From assembly GCA_951406725.2 (NCBI GenBank), contig OX597817.1, positions 153,698,001 to 153,762,000 of the forward strand: 64,000 bases of DNA. The letters run 5' to 3'. A program made the position numbers and the translations under genes. Positions 12,780 to 25,148 of the stretch are shown here, in pieces; within the stretch, counting starts at the first letter, position 1; each line of letters starts with the position of its first letter. Source of the stretch: Octopus vulgaris. Lineage: Eukaryota. The notes beneath the pieces are model-generated. The model saw only the letters and a program-made list of their open reading frames with translations. It did not search any database and was not told the origin of the DNA.

Positions 12780-12815
12780 TATATATATATGTATATATTT
12801 ATATATATATATATA
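12385..12815. repeat. Compound (TG)n/(TA)n microsatellite with an internal duplicated ggtgtgttacgtatg unit
   Basis: Directly visible. Confidence 0.9.
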
Positions 12816-13246
12816 ACATACGTGCAGCTATACCAGCGCACCTCACACACACACACACTATTTTTCAGCTTCTATTATTTTAGTGTTCTTGGTTGTCTTA
12901 TGTTGTAGTGTTTCGTGTCCTTGCTTTGTTTAAACTGGATAAGTCTGTTTACAAGTTTTCAGTACTTATTAAGACGGCGGGAGTTGAACAATACAAGGGT
13001 GAGGGCTACTGTAGACCGGTCGTCGTCTGTTGAAGATGTTTAGTCAAGGCCAAATTAAAACATACACCATTATGTGATTCTAAATTTCGTTTGTGAGACA
13101 GTTTACTCAAACGGAGATGCGGGTTTGTAGTGATGATAATTTTGGGTGTTGACTAATCGCATCTGTTTCTGGGGTCATTTTATAGTATATATTTGCGTTT
13201 GGTACTTTATACTTTTAGGGCATATACTTATACATACGAATACACA

Positions 13247-13654
13247 GGCGCAGGAGTGGCTGTGTGGTAAGTAGCTTGCTAACCGACCACATGGTTCCGG
13301 GTTCAGTCCCACTGCGTGGCACCTTGGGCAAGTGTCTTCTGCTATAGCCCCGGGCCGACCAATGTCTTGTGAGTGGATTTGGTAGACGGAAACTGAAAGA
13401 AGCCTGTCGTATATATGTATATATATTTATATGTATGTGTGTGTTTGTGTGTCTGTGTTTGTCCCCCTAGCATTGCTTGACAACCGATGCTGGTGTGTTT
13501 ATGTCCCCGTTACTTAGCGGTTCGGCAAAAGAGACCGATAGAATAAGTACTGGACTTACAAAAGAATAAGTCCCGGGGTCGAGTTGCTCGATAAAAGGCG
13601 GTACTCCAGCATGGCCGCAGTCAAATGACTGAAACAAGTAAAAGAGTAAAAGAG
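13247..13654 (+). mobile_element. SINE family 1 copy
   Basis: Full head, internal TA/TG tract and tail. Confidence 0.9.
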
Positions 13655-13911
13655 TATACATCTGTACGAACACGTGATTTAATACTTAACTGTTATTCGA
13701 AAGGCTAAAAAGGGGCAGCTGAATCTCCTTCAAATCCCGTCCACATATGTAGGCATGAAGGTGGGGCCTGACACGTTCGAACAACCACCTCATCGAACAC
13801 CGGGCTTCGTATCTGTATGGAATAAAGGCATACAAGTACATATACACAGAAAATAAATGGCCATTTACCCTGCACTTTACAACAGGGTGAAGTACGCTCG
13901 ATACGTCTGAA

Positions 13912-14240
<329 letters not shown>

Positions 14241-14381
14241 TAATCCTACGCAGAACACTTTCCATACAATAACCATCAGAGCATCACAACAAATCACAGC
14301 ACATACCTAAGGCACACAGAGCTGCGCTCGGTAGTGAAGTGAAAGCACGCTATAAAAATAAAACTACTGAATAATAATAAT

Positions 14382-14390
<9 letters not shown>
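14241..14390 (+). mobile_element. Extremely 5'-truncated R4/Dong-like (RLE) LINE 3' end
   Basis: Translates ILRRTLSIQ* (compare AHILRKVLS* at the C-terminus of RLE LINEs and the 31522 copy). A 3' UTR and an (AAT)n tail follow, and the fragment is embedded in an (AAT)n array. Confidence 0.6.
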
Positions 14391-14422
<32 letters not shown>

Positions 14423-14447
14423 GCCCTGATGCAGTACCAGACAGTAC

Positions 14448-14605
14448 TAAACAACCGATGTTAGTGTGTTTACGCCCCCATAACTTAGAGGTAAGGCAAA
14501 AGAAACCGATAAAATAAGTACTAAGTTTACAAAGAATAAGACCTGGGGCAGATTTCTTCGACTATAACACTTTGAGGCGGTGCCCCAGAATGGCTGCAGT
14601 TAAAT
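14448..14605 (+). mobile_element. Decayed 3' half of SINE family 1
   Basis: acaaccgatgttagtgtgtttacg...gacacaaacaagtaaaagaat. Confidence 0.7.
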
Positions 14606-14879
14606 GACACAAACAAGTAAAAGAATATATATATATATAGATATATTACACACACACGCGCGCGCGCATACATATCATAAACACAGATTAGGTAAATACC
14701 GCGCTTGTTTCCTGCTTATCATTCTTTTTCTCATATTTGACTTGTACTCCGCACTCTAGACTAACCCGAGTTTGGTGCTCCGCATCTCACTATACTGGAT
14801 TCCAGAGTGTATTGAGAATTCCAGAACCGAATCCGATTTTGTGTATAGCACTTTACTGTGCCTCCCTTTTTTGATATAC

Positions 14880-14917
<38 letters not shown>

Positions 14918-14922
<5 letters not shown>

Positions 14923-15125
14923 ACGGGAAGCTTTATGAAAATAAACAAAAGACGAAGGCAGGTGGAATATAAACAAACAATTGTGTTAGTATGGCGCTCA
15001 GGAATAGAAATAAAACAAGTCTTTTACGTTTCGAGCCTACGCTCTTCAACAGAAAGATACACAGAAAAGAAACACAGAAAGAAACAAGGAGAGAAAAAAA
15101 ATGCGTGCAGAGGCTAGCGAATCAA
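14918..15125 (-). mobile_element. Penelope-like terminal-repeat fragment, family A
   Basis: Reverse complement of the 21562-21722 and 42526-42716 repeat; homologous to the 3' end of the Penelope element at 60050-61540. Confidence 0.75.
15020..15057 (-). ncRNA. Minimal type-I hammerhead ribozyme-like motif (family A, CUGUUGA core variant)
   Basis: tcttt-CTGTTGA-A-GAGC-gtag-GCTC-GAAAC-GTA-aaaga: 5-bp stem I, 4-bp stem II, zero-loop stem III, GUA triplet. Confidence 0.55.
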
Positions 15126-16209
15126 CATGATACGCACGTGTGAGAGTAAAGCAGTACATTTATATTGGGATGTTGTGGCTTCATCTATGTCAAGATAATG
15201 TTATATATACAAATTTTTATATCAGCCTAAAAGTTTGAAGAATTCCGAAAAGAAAACAAATTCACTGTATTAGTTCAGATGGAATCAGACAGATTGAAAT
15301 TCACGCATCCACATACAGGCTATAATCCATACCGATACGCATTCTATGAAATAGCTACACTCAGACCAAACGTCGTGTGTAGACGCTACGCACAGTTACA
15401 CACAAATGCAATATAAACAAGCATTCGAGTTGTTGCTTGTTTTCTGAGAGCTTCATCTGTATGAACGAACACCTACTCGGTGAAAGTCACCAATTCAATC
15501 GCCACCAAATCATTTAGGTTCAACGATTCCTTAGTGACGATGCCACGATATACATAAACACGCAAGCTTACATACGAACTCATGCGAAAACGGTAATAAT
15601 AACAGTTCTGTTCTCAAGAGTGAGATCAAATTCTTCTGCTTGTTATTTTATTTGATTTAAACATTTTTGTTCTTCTTTCCATTACTTTGAATCTTGCTTA
15701 ACCGATTTATCATCATACAACAGGAAAGGATGTACTAATATTGGCTGTAGGAGTTCTTCGAACAGTATCTATTTCTTAGATTTTCATGTTTAAAAAGAAA
15801 AGAGAAAGAAAAACAATCCACCCGTGTTACTTTAAAATTAATCCTATGTTAAACGTATCACGTTCAAGTAATTGTTGATAACACAGTAAGAAGTAGAGAA
15901 AATGTCTAAAAATAAAATGTATGAGTTCAAGAAATTAATGTAGAACTTTTCGAATATGATATGCAATACGGTATCTCCATAGCCATGTATTAAAAACGAT
16001 TTCTTTAAATAATCTCTGGTTTTCTGCTTAGTTTATCTGTTCAGCGAATTAAGTGCAAATGGATAAAAAGAACCAATATTAGATTTCACATCAAATCCAG
16101 TTATTTAATAACTCATCTAGTTATCATTTGGTCAATTATCATTTCACGTTGTCTCAATTCATTCAACTGGAAATGAGTAGAAACGACAGCTGGTGGGGAA
16201 GGGTGTTTG

Positions 16210-16330
16210 ATATTGCGACGGACTGGTGTCCCGTTCGGGGGTACTCTTCTGACTCTCAGTCATTTAAACGTTACAGACAGATGGATAAGTTCTAATAGAT
16301 CTAATGGACTTCTAGGTTCGTGATAGACTT
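16210..16330 (+). mobile_element. Decayed V-domain-like SINE fragment
   Basis: gcgacggactggtgtcccgttcgggggtactc...ggataagttct resembles the V-SINE core (GCGATGGACTGGCGTCCCATCCAGGGG...GGATAAGCTC), recalled from memory. Confidence 0.4.
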
Positions 16331-16879
16331 CAACATTTATTTATGAGGTGGAATTTAGCGAACAATTAGATTAAATAAAGATTGCCTTAAGCGTATTGGG
16401 TACGACTTGCGTCTCATCAGATACGTATCAAAAGGTGTAATATTTTCGTACTGTAAGCGGTGGCAGAACAGTAATAAAGACATTTGTGTACAGGAGCAAT
16501 CAAGGACCGTTTACTGATCACTCAGTACCCCTTTTGAACTGATCAGCTGAGGACTCTAACACAAAGTTTTCGGAGATAAAGATTGTAGACAACACTTATT
16601 TACTACTAGATATTTCTTCAGTCTTCCTGCCAGAGTGATTTTGCTTTGCTTATAACTAAATATGCCTGTAATCAAAGTGATAGCACCACTCTTACTCACT
16701 TCACATACTCAACTCAACAGGAATTCACTTTTAATGGAAGGCTTAATTTGTGCCCCACTCCTGCAACAGAAACTGTCTAATTTAAACAGAAATATTCAGT
16801 TATATTTTCTTGTGGTAGAAGTAAATTTTGGAACAAAAACAAACAAAAAAATTGGCTTCAAATTTTGGCACAAGGCCAG

Positions 16880-17050
16880 CAATTTTGAGGAAGTTGGCTA
16901 GTTGATTACATTAACCCCAGTGCTCAACTGGTATTTATTTTATCGACCTCGAAAGAATAAAAGGCAAAGTCGACCTCGGCGGAATTTGAACTCAGTTCGT
17001 AAAGATGGACGAAATGCAGATAAGATTCCGCCAGTTCGTCGCCTTGCAAT
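16880..17050 (-). mobile_element. SINE family 3 copy (older)
   Basis: tttatcgacctcgaaagaataaaaggcaaagtcgacctcggcggaatttgaactcag. Confidence 0.75.
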
Positions 17051-17454
17051 AAAAGAAAAAAAATAAATAGATAAAAAATAATACCCTCTCGAACTATCTT
17101 GGTTGGTTGCTCTTTACCATTCTGGGACGTCAAAACACCGTTTTTCTCAGAATCCCTCTCACTAATGAATCGCCTCTGTTATTAACACAAATTCGTCATA
17201 AAGGAGTCTGTTCTCTTGTGACGTAACACAACAGCGATTATCTTCGCGCTTGAGTCAGCCGGAATGTTTTAAAAATAAATATGCAAGCCATCGTGTTGAT
17301 TCTGGTTGTTCATCGTGCATGTGATGGTTTAATGTCAGTTGACAGGATGTGAGTACAGAGCAAGAAACACTTTGCTTGCTGAAATTATAAACAAGAGTCG
17401 TGACGCTTGTTATTTTCATTTCCAGAATGTATTAAGAAAAAAAAATGTGTGCCA

Positions 17455-17653
<199 letters not shown>

Positions 17654-18200
17654 ATTCTTCTAATATCATTTATGAGCATGGAGATGAGATTTAACGAATG
17701 AAGGTAAACACGGAAATGAAGATCTAATAAAATAATCTGGTTACCAGCCAGTGAACGTGGGCTGGAAACGGATACGATATATTGAGTAAGAGAAAATGTA
17801 AATTTGATGCTAATTACACAACGGTGAAGTTTCTAAGATTAGCTTGTCTCGACTATAATGTATATTTAGAATATATCAAATTCAAGCCATAACTTTAGAA
17901 TTTCAGTCTTAACGAGTATTTTGTATCTGGTAATACCAGAATAGCTGGGAAATATCCAGAGTGAGGAGCATCTAACATTTTTACCCGATAGATTTTCTAA
18001 AAGCAATGTAAAATATTTTGGCAAATTATTTTTGCAGTTACTAATAAATCTTAAACATTTTTTACTATATTTAGTATAAGCGCATGAAGATCAAAATGAT
18101 GATTTGTAGTTGAGTCAAGTTCTCGTCGCTGATGTCGCAAATAAATGCAGATTATGGAATAACATTCGAGTTTATTAGACATGATAATATGAAGAGTAAC

Positions 18201-18557
18201 GTGGAGGCGCAATGGCCCAGTGGTTAGGGCAGCGGACTCGCGGTCGTTGTGAGTGTTTATTGAGCGAAAACACCTAAAGCTCCACGATGCTCCGGCAGGG
18301 GGTGGTGATCCCTGCTGTACTCTTTCACCACAACTTTCTCTCACTCTTACTTCCTGTTTCTGTTGTACCTGTATTTCAAAGGGCTGGCCTTGTCACTCTC
18401 TGTGTCACGCTGAATATCCCCGAGAACTACGTTAAGGGTACACGTGTCTGTGGAGTGCTCAGCCACTTACACGTTAATTTCACGAGCAGGCTGTTCCGTT
18501 GATTCGGATCAACCGGAACCCTCGTCGTCGTAACCGACGGAGTGCTTCCATCCATCC
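18201..18557 (+). mobile_element. SINE family 2, tail type Y, with the B-box region deleted
   Basis: TSD atgaagagtaac at 18189-18200 and 18558-18569. It lacks the aggatcgcggtttcgattcccagaccggg segment present in the 6156-6540 copy. Confidence 0.9.
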
Positions 18558-19046
18558 ATGAAGAGTAACGTCTTTAGAGCATTCGATACCTTTTACGTTT
18601 TGAGTTGAAATCTCAGCAGCGTAAATTTTATTCTTCGTCCTTTTTGAGTCGGAAAAATAAACTCGTAATCAAATACTGAGGTCGATTTTATCGACTAACC
18701 CTTCTTTCAAACTTGTGGCCATTTGCCAATGTTAGAAACAATTACTATAATTGCTAATTTGAGATAAATTTGATGGACGGACACTTTTATTTTGTTTTGA
18801 TTTATTTTTTTAACTTGATGAGTTTTGGGGGAAGGGGCGGTGCCCATTACCCCTGCAGTAGCTGTAGTGTAGTAGCGTAGGTGGTGCGGATAGCACTGGA
18901 CAACCACTTTATGTGCGTATCTATGCTGTATTCGAAAGTCTGTTTCGTTTAAGGTAGAGGTCGCACAATTTGGCCACCGCACTAGCGACCAATACCCACG
19001 CTACGCACTATACAAGTCCCAATAATGTTTAATTATAAACATATAT

Positions 19047-19268
19047 ATTTCTTTACTACCCACAATGGGCTAAACACAGTGAGGACAAACAAACGGATTA
19101 AGTCTATTATATCAACCCCAGTGCGTAACTGGTACTCATTTAATCGAACCCGAAAGGATGAAAGGTAAAGTCGACCTCGGCGGAATTTGAACTCACGACG
19201 TGGCGGCAGACGAAATACGGTTACGCATTTCGCCCGGCGTGCTAACGTCTCTGCCAGCTCGCCGCCTT
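19047..19268 (-). mobile_element. SINE family 3 (young, Deu/Nin-like domain)
   Basis: The minus strand reads ggcggcgagctggcag...gagttcaaattccgccgaggtcgactttacctttcatcctttcggg...aagtaaagaaat. 15-bp TSD attataaacatatat at 19032-19046 and 19269-19283. Confidence 0.9.
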
Positions 19269-20159
19269 ATTATAAACATATATGATTTATTAAACATCGA
19301 ATGTCTAGGAGGGTCCATGCGAGTAAAATCGGAATCAAGGTGAGTCCATAGGTAAAAAGTGGTTGAGAAACGATGTTTTAAACTTCCTATTCATTTATAA
19401 TTTGTGAATACATTTTTATGATAGCGTTCTCTTCAGAGTACGCATGCTAGGAGTACGCTATATACTCACTGTGAGACAACCACTGCAGAAGTCTTGGAAA
19501 TTCCTGTAATTCGTTGTGGCTTAGACTAATATAAGTTATCAAATGAGATCTATTAAACCGGCATCTGATTCATATCAGCTAGCTCAAGTGTTCCGATATT
19601 TCCTCCACCATCTTTGAAAACATCTAAAATAATCTTATCCACGTGTTCGAAATACTAATCAGATCTTCGTAAAAACATTTGTCATTCGTTCAGGGTCAAA
19701 TACAGGTCACTCAACGGAAATATAGGTTTTCATCGTGTGTTTCTCTTTTCTACCACCATAACTGAAACAAATTTTTAATCATAACACTCAAATCTCTTGA
19801 GACTACCTTGTACTTTCATTAGCAGTTTTACATTAAGAATAGCGTTGTTATGTCCTGGTTATTATTACTGTTGTTATTACAGTTGTTGTTGTTGTTGTTG
19901 TCAGTGTTCTTGTGTTTATGGTGTTGCTGCTGCTCTTGTGGTTGTTGTTATTGCTATTGCTGGTGTTCTTTGTTTTGGCGGTTATTATTGTTGCTATTGA
20001 TACCATACTCGCTAACGAACAGTCATACATACTATCGTGAGTTACTAATAGATTTCAAAAAAAAGGATTCAGTTTCGATTTAGGGGTAGTTTCCTTTGAC
20101 TTTCTTGTACGAAACAGATGGTTATTTTCCCACGGTGCAAGAATAATTTTAAGCAATTG

Positions 20160-20254
<95 letters not shown>

Positions 20255-20299
20255 GTCTGTCTGTCTGTCTATCTGTCTATTTGTCTATCTGTCTGTCTA

Positions 20300-20336
<37 letters not shown>

Positions 20337-20353
20337 GTCTCTCTCTCTCTCTG

Positions 20354-20405
<52 letters not shown>
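20160..20405. repeat. (TATG)n-(ATCT)n-(CT)n compound microsatellite
   Basis: Directly visible. Confidence 0.95.
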
Positions 20406-20406
<1 letters not shown>

Positions 20407-20629
20407 GTACACACTTGTAATCCCTTACATGTTTTCTGTTTCATGTATATGTGAGTGGATCCGGTAGAGGGAAACTGATCCCACGTGACCATAGGCCATT
20501 TTTCTTTTTTTCTCTCCGTTGTAGCTGAAACAAGGAAGACGTGCTCCTGTTTGTCTCCTGTCCTAGCTTGATTTACGTGTTCGCCACCACAACCTCGTTT
20601 AGGCTTAGCAGCCCTTCCTGTTTGTTTTC

Positions 20630-20912
20630 ATTGTCCTGTTTGTGTTACCAATTTTGACCTTCCACAAAATCCCAAATTTATGTAATTTGCATTGCGGGAG
20701 AAACTGTTTTATCGAGAAAGCGTATATTGTTGTTAAATGCTCGAAATACGATTCTAGAAAACAGCCAACAACTGATGAAGGGTCGTTCTTTATGTTGCTC
20801 GCTTTGTTTTCCATTTGTGTCTTTTGTTGTTCGAAAAAATAGTTCATGTTTCATGTACTTGTGCATTATATTTTTTTCTTGTACACGTTTCCTGACCTCC
20901 TGTGCCCACATA

Positions 20913-20915
<3 letters not shown>
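20630..20915 (+). mobile_element. Probable Penelope-like 3' fragment (family E)
   Basis: acaaCTGATGAaggg..ttctttatgttgc at 20768-20797 is homologous to 9243-9395 on the minus strand. The upstream frame ..[10 protein letters not shown].. is only weakly similar to a GIY-YIG C-terminus. Confidence 0.3.
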
Positions 20916-20958
<43 letters not shown>

Positions 20959-20974
20959 CGTATAGATGTAAGTA

Positions 20975-21012
<38 letters not shown>

Positions 21013-21028
21013 CGTATAGATGTAAGTA

Positions 21029-21074
<46 letters not shown>

Positions 21075-21124
21075 CGTATAGATGTAAGTATGTACATATA
21101 CGTATATATATATATATATATATA

Positions 21125-21506
21125 TTCTTTTATTCTTTTCTTTTTTCTTCTATTTCTTTCAGCCATTTAACTGCGGCCATGGTGGAGCACTGACTTTAGT
21201 CAAACAAATCGACCCCAGGACTTATTCTTTGTAATACTAGTACTTATTTTATGGGTCTCTTTTGCCGAATCCCTAAGTTACAGAGACGTAGACACACCAA
21301 CAGCGGTTGTCAAGCGATGTTGGGTGGAAAAACAATGACACACACGATGGGCTTCTTTCAGTTTCCTACTACCAAATCCACTCATAATGCTTTGTTCGGC
21401 CCGAGGCTATAGTACAAGACACTTGCCCAAGGTATCACGCAGTGGGACTGAACCCAGAACCATGTGGTTGGTAAGCAAGTTATTTACCACATAGCCACTC
21501 TTGCGC
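21125..21506 (-). mobile_element. SINE family 1 copy (diverged, internal microsatellite lost)
   Basis: Family head and tail present. Confidence 0.85.
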
Positions 21507-21513
21507 AAATATA

Positions 21514-21561
<48 letters not shown>

Positions 21562-21565
<4 letters not shown>

Positions 21566-21720
21566 CTCTCCTTCTTTCTGTGTATCTTTCTGTTGAAGAG
21601 CGTAGGCTCGAAACGTTAAAGACTTGTTTTATTTATATTTCCTGAGCGCCATACTAATACCAATTGTTTGTTTGTATTCCACCTACCTTCATCTTTTGTC
21701 TATTTTCATAAAGCTTCCCG

Positions 21721-21722
<2 letters not shown>
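21562..21722 (+). mobile_element. Penelope-like terminal-repeat fragment, family A, within (TA)n
   Basis: Flanked on both sides by (TA)n; homologous to 14918-15125, 32870-33010, 42526-42716 and 60050-60200. Confidence 0.75.
21585..21622 (+). ncRNA. Minimal type-I hammerhead-like motif (family A)
   Basis: tcttt(21585)-CTGTTGA(21590-96)-A-GAGC-gtag-GCTC-GAAAC(21610-14)-GTT-aaaga. Confidence 0.55.
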
Positions 21723-21758
<36 letters not shown>

Positions 21759-21789
21759 AGAGATAGACAAATAGCTAGCTAGATTGATA

Positions 21790-22018
21790 TACATACATGT
21801 ATAGATATGTGTATGTTTGTATGTCTGTGTTTATCCCCCCGCTTGACAACCGATTTTGCTGTGTTTATGTCGCCGTAACTTAGTGGTTCGGCAAAAGAAA
21901 CCGATAGAATAAGTTCTAGGCTTACGAAGAATAAGTCCTGGGGTGGATTTGTTCGACTAAAGGCGGTGCTCCAGTATGTCCGCAGTGAAATGACTGAAAC
22001 AAATAAAGGAATAAAAGA

Positions 22019-22020
<2 letters not shown>
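21790..22020 (+). mobile_element. 3' half of SINE family 1
   Basis: gcttgacaaccgatt...gactgaaacaaataaagg. Confidence 0.75.
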
Positions 22021-22047
<27 letters not shown>

Positions 22048-22050
<3 letters not shown>

Positions 22051-22860
22051 AGATAGGGGTTGAAAATTCAACCCACCATGGGATAATATATATCCAATAT
22101 ACTGCTAGATAGGTACCCAACAAAATTAATACATAGATGTTAAAAATTGTCAAACAATCAGTTCATCTATTGTATTATATGGGTAAAGGTAATAATATTA
22201 CCGTAAATTAATACTACAAAATTAGAGAATGGAGAAACATACTTAAATCAGTAAAACAACAACTATCCGATGATACTCAATCCATACTTTAATAGACCAT
22301 TACATATGAGTAAAGGCAATATATAAAATGAAATGAGATATACAGTAATAGTAAAAAGATAAAGAGATATAAGTAAAAAATTTCAAATATAATATGCAAA
22401 TAAATCAAAACTGACAGCTGTTTCGGCAGTGAGGGCAGTCATACCTCATTTAACCTATAAGCCATAAAGGCAGGTATAAATGAGGCATTAACAAGGATGC
22501 CCCACGGCCTCTTCAGAGAATTAAATTAAATTTGTTATAATAGTGAAAAATATTATATAATCATATACATATAAATATAAAAATATAAAAATGTAAAATA
22601 TAAAAACTTATACATCATAATGCTACACTTATATAATATAATACACATTTGTACAAAAAAGGAAGGTAAACAGAACAAAATAAAACAAAATATATAACAG
22701 TGTATATATTAATATTAATAAGTACCGATATTATACATATTTGGCTAATAGTTTTTTTTATAAAAAAAAAAAGCTAACACATATGGAGATGAAAAATAAT
22801 AATTAAAACCATGGTACAGTTCATAAAATTCTAAAGCTATAAAAGTTAATAAAAATTACT

Positions 22861-22939
<79 letters not shown>

Positions 22940-23374
22940 TAATAAAAATAGATACAGTTAAGTTAGCACCAAGTCCATCCTTTCAAGATCGAAATAACTA
23001 TGAGTTAAGAAATGCTGACCACTAGGTAAAGAAAATTTAGATTAATTCGATTGGCTATTGGTTTGAAATTTAAATCACAAAAGAAAATTATACGGTTGGT
23101 TAGTCAGGGAACGCCAATATTCACACACGCATCTACAGATCAATCGCGACTGCCCTCACTGCCGAAACAGCTGTCAGTTTTGATTTATTTGCATATTATA
23201 TTTGAAATTTTTTACTTATATCTCTTTATCTTTTTTACTATTACTGTATATCTCATTTCATTTTATATATTGCCTTTACTCATATGTAATGGTGTATTAA
23301 AGTATGGATTGAGTATCATCGGATAGTTGTTGTTTTACTGATTTAAGTATGTTTCTCCATTCTCTAATTTTGTA
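22048..23374. mobile_element. Penelope-like element remnant with inverted terminal-repeat arms (family C)
   Basis: 22215-22440 is the reverse complement of 23148-23374 (about 227 bp, one mismatch seen). The element contains a hammerhead and is bounded by (TA)n. An inverted partial terminal repeat is typical of Penelope insertions. Confidence 0.65.
22407..22522 (-). ncRNA. Type-I hammerhead ribozyme with extended stem II (family C)
   Basis: Minus strand: aattct-CTGAAGA(22516-22510)-GGC-cgtggggca...[inner hairpin tgcctcatttatacct/aggttaaatgaggta]...tgccctcact-GCC-GAAAC-agct-GTC-agtttt. Stem III lies in the palindrome ACAGCTGT; stem I is imperfect. Confidence 0.7.
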
Positions 23375-23393
23375 TATATATATATACACATAT

Positions 23394-23613
23394 ATTCTTT
23401 TACTCTTTTACTTGTTTCAGTCATTTGACTGCGGCCATGCTGGAGCACCGCCTTTAGTCGAGCAAATCGACCCCGGGACTTATTCTTTGTAAGCCCAGTA
23501 CTTATTCTATCGGTCTCTTTTGCCGAACCGCTAAGTGACGGGGACGTAAATATACCAGCCAGCATCGGTTGTCAAGCAATGCTAGGGGGACAAACACAGA
23601 CACACAAACGCAT

Positions 23614-23644
<31 letters not shown>

Positions 23645-23815
23645 CATATATACGACAGGCTTCTTTCAGTTTCCGTCTACCAAATCCACTCACAAGGCAT
23701 TGGTCGGCCCGGGGCTATAGCAGAAGACACTTGCCCAAGATGCCACGCAGTGGGACTGAACCCGGAACCATGTGGTTGGTTAGCAAGCCACTTACCACAC
23801 AGCCACTCCTGCGCC
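23394..23815 (-). mobile_element. SINE family 1 copy
   Basis: Near-identical to the other copies. Confidence 0.9.
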
Positions 23816-23816
23816 A

Positions 23817-23867
<51 letters not shown>

Positions 23868-23871
23868 TTCA

Positions 23872-23910
<39 letters not shown>

Positions 23911-23954
23911 GTAATCATGTATATGTACATAAATCTTCCATATTTTACATACAC

Positions 23955-24130
23955 GATGCATCACGAGTCACCGTCCTTGACCATCTTGACAGGAAGTGTT
24001 GAAGGTAAGCGAGCAAGCGGCCGCCAAAGACGTTTATGGACTGACGAAATCAAAGAATGGACTGGAGACAAGGATCCGGCTGTCTGTATACATACAAGCA
24101 GCACAACACAGTGGCTACCTGGCTGGCTGA
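23955..24130 (+). mobile_element. RTE-clade LINE 3' ORF fragment
   Basis: HESPSLTILTGSVEGKRASGRQRRLWTDEIKEWTG matches the RTE C-terminal motif ILQG.VEG.R.RGR.R..W.D.IKEWTG. Confidence 0.8.
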
Positions 24131-24346
24131 TATTCACGCAGATGTTCTTGGCAAATTTCTGTCCAGTGATTAAAAAAAAATCTTCTACAGCTTTCTGAAG
24201 TTACAAGATTTGATAAGGTGTTCTGGCAGTGAAAAACGAAAGGAATAACTAATTAAGAGGCGAGTGAATCTTGCATGGTTGGACAGAAAGTGCTTACTTC
24301 TTGCTAGTTAATTGAAGCAGGCATAGTTATGAGCAGCGGTGCGTCG

Positions 24347-24695
24347 TATACATACATACATACATACATACATACATACATACATACATACATACATACA
24401 TACATACATACATACATACATACATACATTCACATACATACATACATACATTCACATACATACATACATACATACATACATACATACATTCACATACATA
24501 TGTACATACATACATACATACATACATACATACATACATACATACATACATACATACATACATTCACATACATATGTACATACATACAAACATACATACA
24601 TACATACATACATACATTCACATGCATGCATGCATACATACATACATTCACATACATATGTACATACATACATACATACGTACATACGTACGTAA
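24347..24695. repeat. (TACA)n tetranucleotide array
   Basis: Directly visible. Confidence 0.95.
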
Positions 24696-25148
24696 GTAAA
24701 ATGAGCAAAGTGAAAAATATTCGTTTCTGAGAAAATGGTAGGAGTTTAAGAGGAAATCACATTAACAATAGTCAAGTGATTCTCGGTCTTGCGTGGAAAT
24801 TGTGATCAAGGCGACGGAGGAGCTGGTATTGGTGCATCTTGTTAAGGCTTTTCCTTTCTAGCAACAAAAGTGTAAAGGCAGTTGTTTCAGATAGGACCCT
24901 ATAGAGGAGTTGCAGAGGATTTTTACCCCCACGACCCTTCCCAAGAACAGTAAGCAGAGAATATAGATGGATGGATGAATGGATGGAAGGATGGATTACG
25001 AATGAAACTTGAAGGTATTTTGATGATTGACTATCGAACGAAATAGCATGTACATCATTGCTCGACCTGTTACAAATAGCAGCGAAATTGCCATCAGTCT
25101 ACGCTTTCATTAAAAAAACCCCAGAAAACCCTTTTTTTTAATATTAGT

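Noticed and set aside
16662-16901. 79-aa plus-strand ORF, and a minus-strand acceptor/donor pair in the same region
   Set aside because: No homology is recognised, and the minus-strand candidate exon has stops in all three frames.
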